A stretch of DNA of 64,000 bases from Camelus ferus (Eukaryota): assembly GCF_009834535.1 (NCBI RefSeq), contig NC_045697.1, forward strand, positions 88,228,001-88,292,000, given 5' to 3'. Each line of letters opens with the position of its first letter. Positions within the stretch are counted from its first letter, which is position 1. The notes below the pieces were generated by a model. That model worked only from the letters and a program-made list of their open reading frames with translations. It ran no database searches and was not told where the DNA came from. The translations under genes and the position numbers were made by a program. Positions 53,001 to 64,000 of this stretch are shown here, piece after piece.

Positions 53001-56000
53001 CACAAACCTGATCATGAAATCTCATAGCAATCAAAACTTCCATTTCTTGAATCCTACCTACCCTGCCAGGCTTAGCCCTTTGTAATTTCAGCCACAGCTG
53101 TCACTCATTCTACCCCAAACATTTTCTGCATGTATTCTAATACCTCCAGGCTTCCCTTAATCTACTCTCTCTTCCTAAAATGACACTCCCCCCCCCACCA
53201 TTTCATTCATTGAATTCTACCCACCTCCCAACTCTAGCTCTTGCAACCACATAATGCTTTTTTCTCATGTAATCAATCTCCCCCTTCCTCAAATTCTAGT
53301 ATCACTAACTTTGTATTTCTTGTTTACCATATACTATCTTAAAGATGAGCACTCCGTTTTGTTTGTTTGTTTCTTTGTTTGTTTCTTTGTTTGTTTGTTT
53401 GAAATGGGAGTTGGAAAGTGGCTTTATCATTCTGGGTTTTCAACATAACTACCTCAGGGTTTTGAAATTAGCAATTGCTCAATGAATTAAAATTAAATTC
53501 TTCTGGGGTTTTTATTGATAGTGCAGACGTGTTTGACTCGTTAATGTAAACAATAGAGCAAAGTTATTTAGAACAAGGTTATTTTATTTATACATTTAGG
53601 TGACCTACCTAAGCTGTGTAACTCAGTTGTATTAGAAATAGAAAAGAAATAACTGTGTTGTTTAACATCACAGTAGCTCACAGCGTACACCAAGCTTAAA
53701 ATTCTGTCACTTGCCCATCTCCCCTCAGTTAATATCACCAGGGGTACACCACAGTGTAGTAGGAATCATGAAAAAAGTAACAAGTGTACTGCCTAGTGTG
53801 TTTCTAGCACAAATAAACATGTATTAAATAATTTAATAAAACATTTGGTCAGATAAATCACTGTATTATAATGATAATAAGTATCACAGGCACCCCCAAA
53901 TCACAGCTTCTCATGAGGAACCAGTATATTTTGGAGTGTAAGTATCCCTCTGCACAGATACTACTTAAATGGGACCCAAGGCAGTTTTTCAGAGCATATA
54001 TTCACTTTCTCATCTATGTTATGTCTCCTTTTCACTCCCTCTTTTTTCTATACATTTTTATTAATTTTGCGCCCCCTTATTCCTTTTCGCTCTCTAACCC
54101 TTGGCTTGAGCACGCAGATGGCTCCAATGCCCCTGCAAGTGCTCAGTGTCAGAGGTTGTGGACACTCAGTTTAAGTGTCCATTGTCTGGACCACATTTCC
54201 TTGTTCTCCTTGGCACCTACCTGAGAATTATCAGTAACTTGTCTCAATTATTAAAACTTAAATTTAATAAACCAAAAAGTTGAGTAATTGGGTTATCCCA
54301 GATTAATTCAGTGTTCTCAATAATTCATTAGTTAGTTCTTATTAGTTAACTCAGAGAATTCTTGACATACTCTTTTTTTTAATAATAAAGATTAGTTTAT
54401 TTTGTTCTCTTAGGAAGTAGATTATATTAAATGACAGACTTTTAAAAAAAGAATTTTACATATTTAAAGCATATGTAAAGTTATTATATAATAAAGAGAA
54501 TAGTGGGTTGGAAAGTTTCTTTCTCAGTAGATACAGACAGCAAAGTATATGCTCTGGAAGTTTTTAGTGGAAGCTTTTAAAGTAAAACTTTGATATAAGC
54601 TTATTTTTTGTGTGCTACCTCATTTTTTTCAGTTTCTAGAGGAAAAAAAATAATTAAGGGTTCCCGTTAGATGGGTTAAAGTTAATCACCGCACTGGAGC
54701 TAAATTCTTGAAATGACACACATAAAGTTGGTTAACTTGTTTCTTTTGAGGCCACATGTTGCATTAAAGTCAGTGGTTAAATAACCCATCCATGAAAAAA
54801 TGACAATTTTCTTTTGCCAACATCATTTTAATTGTAAGTTCCAATTTCTTCAACATTTTGTTGTTTGCTGATATGGGGCCAACTTACATAGCACCTTGGT
54901 TTTCTGTTCCAGGTAATGTGCTGGTTTTCCCTCTTACCCATAATGAAATTCAAGTAAATATACCCCCCCAACCTATAGCTTATAATTAGTAGTTAAGTCT
55001 ACAAAACTTTCCATTAGTTATTTTTCTGTATTTTTAAACATTTAATATAAAAAGTTGGGTTAGCAATCCAGTTCTTAAAAGTCTAATTTATCAGAGGACA
55101 CATTTAATATGAATTCACATCCTTCTATCAATGGTTATTCCTTTCCCTGTATGCCATATAAATAATTTCAGCTTTAGGAACAGGAAATTCTAGTCCTAGT
55201 ATTATTTTACAGAATTACAACTTAAATTTTCCAGTTTTTCTTTCCCTTTGTTTCTCTTTGTTAAATGTAGACACATCCCTATTTGTTTAAATAAACAATG
55301 GTTAAGAAAACAGTGTTGAGTTTCTCTTTACTTGATTCTGTTGTGTGTTTCTTTGGTATAAAATATACTTTACTAAGGAAGAATAATTTTCCCTTCTCTG
55401 CAAGTGAAATGGATCACTCATCAAACAATGACACAAAAATATAGAGTAATTTAGTTAGTATCTGTGACAAAGTGACATAAGCCCACCGTGGCTGAGGCCA
55501 ATGAGACAGCAGAACAGCTCCCTGAAAAAGATCTGTTATCTCATCTACTACCACTCAGGTTGATTCCTCACTTGTACCTTCCAAAAAGGAGAAGTCCCAA
55601 AGAGGGACTGGTATATGGGCAGAATAACCAGTCACCTGGCATAGTGGCTATAAATATATATTCACAGACCTCACCTCCAGAGTTTCTGGTTAGAAAGCCT
55701 GGGGTAGGGTGCAGTTAACACTGCTTTAATAAATTTATTACTCCCCACTACATCTAACACATGTAATTCTGAAGCAGATGGTACATGGACTGGACCCTGA
55801 GAAAAAATACGCTGGACACTAATGCTTCTGTGTTGAAATATTTTTCTGCTGTTCTGGTCAAAATGGTTAACTAGCAGCAATTTCATATGATTCACACTAA
55901 TGGTTTTCCTGTCCGATTTACTTATTAAAGCATAAAGTTGAGTTGCCCATGGGTTGGGGAATTCAGTGTTGCAGTGGAATAATATTTTGAAGGACGGACC

Positions 56001-58724
56001 AATGTGTATCCCCTATATCTTATGCTGCCCTGTGACCCTTGGCATTAGGGCAACTAAACCATGCAGCATCTATTGACCTCTGGAAGAAATGCTCTCACAG
56101 AATCAAAGAACAGCCTGCTGAAGATCAAAAGTTAACATTTTTATGGGCAAAATCTAGCTTTCAAAGAAACTCAAAGCACAAAGATACTAGATGATTCAAG
56201 TGAAAATTTACTGCTTCTTCCCTCTTCTCTCTCCTCTTTCTCCACCCAAAGAACTCCAAAAGTTGGAGGTGGAAAGAGTGAGAAGGAGATCCAGGAGTGA
56301 GTAGACGTAGTGGGGTCTGAGGTGGAGATGTCCATGCTCTGCTGATCAAAGTCTTGAGGAACTTCTGTCTTGAGGGACAGAAAGACTCCAGACATTTTGT
56401 AGAAAGCAAGAGTAGAGGGAATCTTTGCCTCATTTCTCCTGATTGCAATGGAGAAAGAGGAAAGTTCTCAGAGTAGGACTGGGTTCAGGTATCACCGAGA
56501 AGCCTCATCTAATTTCCTTTAGGTGTAGTTGCCTTCCTTTTCCCTAGTCATCAAGGAGGGGTAAAGAGCTATCTGAAGCCTCTTCTGTGGTCTAGGCGTT
56601 GACAAGAATAGTAGAGGGATTGTGTGCACCCAAGAGGGGCCTGAGCATTAACTGAGTCTTCACATGACCCAGGGAGCCTCTGGCCACGATTAAAGGGTGT
56701 GACAGCAGCAGTCTGCATGGGCAGACACACAAGGCCCAGACTAAACAAGGCTGCTGCGGGAGATGCCAGGGCGGGGAGAGGGCGGCTACCTGGAAGAGAG
56801 GTCATCCTTAACTGGGTGATACTATGTAAGCTCCTTGAAATACTGTAGACACAAGCCCAGGGAAAGGGGAGTGGGTAATTTTGGGGATGGGTGGAGAGAT
56901 GGCTCCCTACTGTAATTAGAGTTCATGTTAAATATATCTGTTGGAGAAAATGTTCTAAAATCTATGTCTTAAACATCTGAATTTTGTGGATAAAATGACA
57001 ACTAATTATGAGAATCCAAAGTATACGCAGTTGCAGTACATTTCAAACCAAAATGATTACAGCATTTAACTGTCCCTTTTAACCCTGGATTGGCAATAGT
57101 TTGAGTCCATGGCCATGCTAAGCCTCTCTATGAGAAGAGCAGTGGTACTTGCTAGGTCAGCCTTACTGTCCATCTTCCAGCCTAGCCTGTACCTACTGTG
57201 TTCCAGCCACATCAGGAGCGAGCAGAAAAGGTTCTCTTTTTGGCTTTTGATGAACACTTTAGTGACTGCCATTAAGTGCTGTCACTCAAGAATCTAGTCT
57301 TTTACCCCGTATTTCCTATCATTTTTTTTGAGTGTGCGTATATATATGTTTTCATTTGTGTTTTTAAATTTCATATTTCTTCATTCTGCTTTACTTGATA
57401 TAAGCCCACTTTTATTGAAGATGTATAAACACAACTATGAGAGGTTCTGATTTTTAGAAACTAATACACAAAAATTCAGTTTACACAAGTGTTATAAAGG
57501 AGTTCTTTTTGCTTGTAATTTTTGAACAGCCGGCCTCTTTGTAATACACTGTGAAAGAAACAAGTCTTGTCGCTCCCCTGAAAGTTCTGCTGTGCACAGC
57601 TTATCACTGCCTCTGCTAAGAAAAGGGAATTCTTACTACTTCCCAAAGAACTGTCTTTTCTCCTGAAGAGGTACGCAAAAGGGTTTTACTTGTGTTATTG
57701 TTGTTGTTGACGTTGTTGTCTTAGTGTTTTTAGAGGAGTGAAAAGAGCAGGCGTTGGCTCTACTGAATGCTGGAAGGAACTGCAATTCAAAAACGTCAAA
57801 GGACTTCTCTCATCGGTTGTCACGGAATAAAAACCAGAGACAAGAAGTTACCTCCTGGAAAATTTGCTTGCTCTGTGTCACACCCAGTATTAAATTCTGC
57901 CCCTTTATAAGAATCAGTCATTGACCACCTCAATTTTATTGCATTGATAGCATTAAGTTAAATATTCTAGTACGATGTCTTAACTTCTCAATCTACAAAA
58001 TGACAGCGATCCTGTTGGAGCACAGCAGTTCTACATGAAAAGCTTGACTACAACCTCACTTTTTTAAAACCCATTATCTTTTGCAATCTAGACTTATGGT
58101 AAGAGCTATATTGCTTGGTTGTAATAGAAACATATAAAAATTAAAGAAAATATTCAAACTTTCAAGAGGATAATCATCTTCCTCCCAAAACTATTTTTAC
58201 ATGTCTTCATAGGTATATAATTGTCCTTGCATGTACATAAATATTTTTATCAGGTGTTGCCTAGTGGCAAATAAATATTTGTACGTTTAAATTAGAGAAC
58301 AGAAATAACTGAGTAAGCCTAGGGGGAAAGTGAAATTGCATTTTCAACATAATTAGCTCCTTAATTGTCAGGCCCAGCTTAGTGCATGTATCTAGAAACA
58401 TAATTAATTATGATTTATTTAAACACTGTTTAAAATGCATTATTCTCCATTTTCTAAAAGCTGAATTACAGAAGGGAAAATTCAATCTTAAAATCAATAG
58501 TGTTTATAGACATCTTATTATATTTTTTTAAAGTTAATGCTGTAATTAGAAAGTTAGCAGCAATTGCCTAAATGTAATTTTAAAAAGAAAACATCATATG
58601 ATATAAAGTAGTATAAGTTATAAGGAAAAATAAGCTTGTTTATATCAAATCATCTCATAATAGAAACATTCCTATTTAGCTAAATAATCCAAACATTTTC
58701 TATGAACACATTCCAATTATAATT

Positions 58725-59610
58725 TACATATTTATTGCGGTAAAAAACGCACAACATAAAATTTACCATCTTAACCGTTTTAAGTGTACAGTTCAGTAGT
58801 GTGAAGTATGTTTACTTTGTTGTGCAACCAATCTCCAGCACTTTCTCATCTTGCAAAATCAAAGCTCTGTACCTATTAAACAACAAGTCCCCATTTCTGC
58901 TCCAACACCCAAGCCCCTGACAATCATCATTCTACTTTCTGTGCATATAAATTTGGCTGCTCTAGATACCTCATCTAAGTAGAATCATATAGTATTCAGG
59001 TTTTTTTGTGTGTGTTTGTGTGACTATTTTTGTGTGTGTGTGTTTGTGTGACTGGCTTATTTTACTTAGTGTAATGTCCTGAAGATTTATTCATGTTGTT
59101 ACAAATGAAGAATTCCTTTCCTAAGGCTACATAATATTCCACTGTGTGTTTATACCACATTTTGTTTACCCATTCATCCACTGATGGACACTTGGGCTGT
59201 TTCTACCTCTTGGCTATTGTGAATAGTGATGTAATGAACATAGGAGTGCAATGTCTCTTCTAATCCTGCTTTCAGTTCTTTTGGATATACACCCAGAAGA
59301 GGATTGCTGGATTATATGGTTATTTTACTTTTAATTACTTGAGGCATGACCATACTGTTTTCCATGGTAACCGCACCATTTTATATTCCCACCGACAATG
59401 CACAAAGTTTCCAATTTCTCTGCATGTTTGACAGTACTTGTTCTTTTCTCATTTTTCTTTATAGTAGCCATCTTACTGGGTGTGAGGTGATACCTCTTCA
59501 TGGTCTTGATTTATGTTTTTCTGATGATTAGTGATGTTGAGCATCTTTTCACATGCTTGTTGGCCATCATGTATCATCTCTGGAGAAATATTCATTTAAA
59601 ACCTTGGCCT
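58725..59610 (-). mobile_element. L1MB-like 3' part
   Basis: acaacataaaatttaccatcttaaccgttttaagtgtacagttcagtag; ccattcatccactgatggacacttggg; gatgttgagcatcttttcacatgcttgttggcca. Confidence 0.92.
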
Positions 59611-60329
59611 AAAGACAACTTTTTTTTTTTTAACCAGGCACATGTATTCATTACATTTTCTGAACAAAAGACAGAAGAAATTTTTTTTTTAAATCAGGGC
59701 TAATTAGATTTAATGTGCCTGACTACTAATGTTTAATGGCTCCTATAAAGAAAAAAGAGAAAAGAACAAGTACTGTCAAAGATGCAGAGAAATTGCAGAA
59801 AATAAAACCCAACCTAGGTTTGACTTGATAAGGAAGTTCTGGTGCCCTTAGGTGGATAAGCAGCAGGTAGTAACACCACAGTCTGGAGTACTTTTAAGAT
59901 CCAGAAGGCCCCACTAGCCCTGAGATCATGGTCCTTTGAAGGCCACTGGCAGTTTCAGGGAAGTCCTGAGTCATCACAGTTTCAAGGCCTGAATCACTCA
60001 CTGCCTATAAGTTAATTTCTAAAGAGCAGTCTTTGTTGCTCTTCTTCTGATGAATTCCTAGGTCACCTGAACAGGATACTGTCTGATTTTTCCCTAACTG
60101 TCAGAACGGTTAGTCCCAACCCTCTCCCCACATTCTAACCTCTGCATTTGCTTGCTTGGTCCTGCATCCCCCTTACCAAGGTGAGCACAGTTGAGCGTTG
60201 CTCTTCTCATTCTACAATGTGCTCTCCACCTTCCAGTTTGGTTTACTGCACAGCACTAGTGTCTTCCTGGGAATTTCATCCCCTTTATTTGCAAAGTTAT
60301 TCGTTTCTCTACGTTGCCTTGAATTTCTA

Positions 60330-60650
60330 CAACTGCTGGCAATGATAGTTCCCTACCTTCCTTGCCAGAATTGACTTATCCAAGGGTGGGCCATTCTGAA
60401 TTCTTCCCTAGGAAGAGAGGAAGTCCTTCCCTAGTTTTATGAGATTTGAAGACTCCAACCAAGAAACTGATCTACAAACAGAAGAGGGACAGTCCAGAGA
60501 GTGTCAAGTTCCTGGGTTCAGTCACCCCTTAAGCTAAACTGTCCCCCTTCATTCTATGGTTAGGCAATTCAACCTTTCAATAAAGATCCCTCTTTCCTGG
60601 AGATAATTTGACTGGATTTCTTTTGCTTGCAAACCAACAAGACTCAAGAT
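60330..60650 (+). mobile_element. Degraded ERVL/MaLR-type LTR 3' part
   Basis: agttcctgggttcagtcacccct...caataaagatccctcttt...ggatttcttttgcttgcaaaccaacaagactc. Confidence 0.45.
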
Positions 60651-62639
60651 GAATGTATTCGTCATCAGTGGCCATTAAATTACCTTCCTTTTATGGGCTC
60701 CTAACTCTGGCCTGGTTAGAACTTAGCTTCTTTTTGTCTGGTTAGCATGACTTTTCTGCAAGGCTTTACTGAAACCATCTGAGGCAATGTATCACTGCTG
60801 TCCTGTGAAAATGACTCCTAGGAAGTAGGTTTTCAAATATATCTTAAGACTCATGTTTTCCTTTAAGAAGATATTTCTAAAACTGGCCCTTACCTCTGGT
60901 TTAGAAGGCCTGGCATCCATCTGTGCTCACATTTTCTAATGAAGGGTCTGTGCCCGTCATCCTTGTCCTCTCAGCCAAGAACAAGTTCATTTTAGGTCTG
61001 GAATGAGAGGTCCTGTCTCTCATCTTCTTCCAGATCCCTCAGAGTTGATTTGAATTTGGACACTGATCGAAGAAGACTTATATTCGGATCAGCTCAGGGA
61101 ATTAAGGGTAAAGATAAAAGAACAGTCTTAACATGATGGTTCCAGTGCTGTGGGGTCAGAGTGGGTTCGGGGCATTGGAGCCATTTTGGCTCCATTATAA
61201 CTTTTACAATGAATGCACATCTGTGAGTGGTGGGGCAGAGGACCACACAGTTCTGCAAACCTGTCATATCTTTGGAAAAGTAGATTCAGATGTGAAGTTT
61301 GTAATGAGTCTACAACCCGGGGCTTTTATCAGCTCCTTTCACAGAGCTCTAACCTCACTGCCTAGCCCATGCCCTGAGTCTGATGTAAGGAGATAGTTTT
61401 GATATTTCGTGAGAAATACAACTCTGTACATGTTGAGAAAATCCTTTGTGTTCTTTGCTCCCATTAAGGGTAATCCAAAAGAGACCCAAAAAACCCAGGG
61501 CAACACCTCTAGTCATGAACTAATCATTATTTTACACCTCAGTATGTTCATGCCTGTTTCAGGCAAATTTCCATGAGTTCTAATGTTTTGATTGCTCACT
61601 AACCACTGACAAAATTCAAGGGGCCTAAGCAGCCATTGCAGGCCTCCCCAAAGGTGAATTCCCCAAACCTACTTATTTGCCAGCAGCTGCAGTCTTCTGA
61701 TCTCCAAAGGTACATATGCTTGGAGCCCAGCCTTTGTTTAGATCAATTAAAGTGCCTCGGGCAAAATGTATGTCTGTTCCTTTAATGTACATTTCCCTCC
61801 GAGTTGCCAGCAATGGATTTACTATGAAGAAAACCCTAACAATATGAAAAAGCTTATTTGGGGGATTAAAAACTATGCTATTAAAAACAATTCTAGAAAT
61901 TCAATTTCCTTCTCATCCTTGATTAAATGAATTGGAAATGTCACTGGAACCTTCTTTTGGGGAAATGTGCTTTTGAATGCTGTGTCAGTTGCTTATTGAA
62001 ATAGACTGTTTCATAGTAAAGGAGATACAAGCATGTTTTAGAAAAAAAAAAAAAGTGTGTGTTTAAAGCTCCTGGCTGTTCCTATTTTGACTGAGCTTCT
62101 TCAAGGAATGTGTGCCTTTTCTAGTCTTATGAAAAAATTACGGAAAGCTTTGAAACTATTTGCTGGTGCATAATGCAGTGTGGAGGGTGGGTGTGGACCT
62201 CAAGTTTCAGCTGGAAGAAAAGACAGAAGTGACAGGTCAACTGTAGGTATACGAAAGATCAGGCAGTCTCCCCCAAATCAATACCAACTGTTACAGGACA
62301 GAAAACCCAAAGCAATATTGCCACAGTCCAGGGTCGTAGGAAGTCTGACCTTAACAAAATGCAAACAGGTTATCAATTATTGTCACAGAGGTAAATTCTC
62401 TTTCAATATTTGAAGGTGGCTTTAAAATTTTCTCTCTTCATTTTGCCTGCTTGTTTTCTTCTTTACAAATGTTCGAGATTTCATGTCACCTGATTATCAG
62501 AAATACACTGAAATTTAAGACTACTCAAATTTAATTCTGAACATTTTAATTTTATTAACATTTAAACAATATTTAAATTGAGTCTCTAGTATTATCAATC
62601 AATAGTATCTAAAATTTAGATATACTGTATCTTGCTTTA

Positions 62640-62810
62640 TGCTTTGTAAAGAATTTTCATCTAATAGCATGAAGAGCTGGAGTAAGAGGAAATACTATTC
62701 CCAGTTCATAGATGATAGAGCAGTGGTTCAGGGAGTAATAGGGAACAAAGGGCAGCAGAGCACAGATGACTTTTCAGGTCTCCTGGTAACTCAGTGCTCT
62801 TTCCAACACA
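62640..62810 (-). mobile_element. Degraded MIR
   Basis: tactattcccagttcatagatgatag...ggcagcagagc...caggtctcctggtaactcagtgctctttcca. Confidence 0.55.
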
Positions 62811-64000
62811 TCGTATGCTATTTTAAAAAAAATTGAACTGCAAGGGAATGGTTTCTGTCGAGGCCTAGGAAATGTAGTTTTTGATGTTTTATGTTCCTTA
62901 AGTGTTCTGCCTACAATTAACATTGATGCTAAGGATAATTTTGCCAAGAATCAAGCATGCATGCAAGAGATTTTACAATTTAGCATTTGAATCCTTAGTG
63001 GATACAATTCAGGTTTCCCATGAACAGAAAACACAAAGCCATTAATCCTTAAGTTTCACTAACAGGCAACTAACAGTACCTTATTTATCCTTGCTAATTG
63101 ATGGATTGCTGTGAAAAGGTAGGAACATGTTTCTTTGGTGTTGTAGTTTTAATGAATGAAAACACTTTCCGTTGTGAATTGGTTTTTTATTTGGTGTTCT
63201 GTTTGTTTGGCTTTGTCTTGTTTTGATAAGGGCATTGAGTGTGTATCAAGGACCTGTTCCAAAATCAGTTTACATATAGCAGCTTATCACACCTTCATCT
63301 TAGTTCTCTCCTATATTCAAAGACAACCAAATGCCTATGGGAACAGTTCCTCTCCCTGCCCACTCAAAGCCCTGTTGATGACAAGCCAGCGTCTCACTTT
63401 CTGAAACTTGTCCGGAATCCTCTGGAGCTTTTCCTGAGGAATGAAGGTCCCTGGGTACATACCTGAGAAAACAAGAGAACACTCACATGATCATCTGACC
63501 CTTCGTTCACTTCCCCTTGTGTGTCTTCAAGATAACCTTTGCCCATCTCATAATTAAGGGAGAATAATTAAAAGACAATAATAAGGAGATAATTTTCTTC
63601 CAAATCCTCTTTTCAGGCAAATCTTTTCATCAAAATCGTACTTTTTTTTTTAATTTCCTAAAGATTGTCACCCTTAAATTCTTCCTATTACAAAAATCAT
63701 TTGTTAACACTACACATTTTTTTTAATGTAAATTGTGCCCCTTTTTCATCTTCTCTATGTAAAGGTATAGAATAACTACGAAATATTTTCATTATAGATT
63801 TTACGAATTTGAAGGTACTATTAAGGCACCTTTTACTTTTTATTTTCCACATTTTACAACCTTGGTTTTCTTGACTCTTGTCTATAGACCCTAAATTGCC
63901 ACCTATTTCTTCAGCTCTTCCTTCAACTTAATATTCAGTCATGACAAATACAAAATCATGGCTCTGTCTTTTTACTTACTTTGCTGGCAATAAACAAACT

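Overview
AT-rich, non-coding mammalian genomic DNA (gene desert or deep intron). I recognise no intact protein-coding gene, tRNA, rRNA or CRISPR array. Almost every ORF in the track is explained by decayed retroelements, microsatellites or chance. The window is a layered record of interspersed repeats: ancient CR1/L3, L2 and MIR; eutherian hAT DNA transposons (MER20, MER45, MER58A, MER5); MaLR/ERVL/ERV1 solo LTRs (MLT1, MLT2, MER34-like); and L1s of several ages, some with readable target-site duplications (TSDs). The L1 3' ends look cetartiodactyl. I saw no Alu, B1, Can-SINE, BovB, Bov-tA, CHR or PRE-1, so a camelid is the likely source (inference). I cannot support a claim of a new biological system. 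The best leads are: (1) an unexplained ~510-bp insert plus (GAAA)n splitting an old MaLR LTR; (2) a ~190-bp inverted duplication of L2 sequence whose arms share non-consensus bases; (3) an ORF1-only L1 lacking nearly all of ORF2 in a collapsed nest; (4) a recursive-splice-like AG|GT cassette on the minus strand; (5) a ~93-nt imperfect hairpin; (6) TE-free candidate enhancer stretches. Repeat family names come from recalled consensus sequences, not a search, and most repeat boundaries are approximate.
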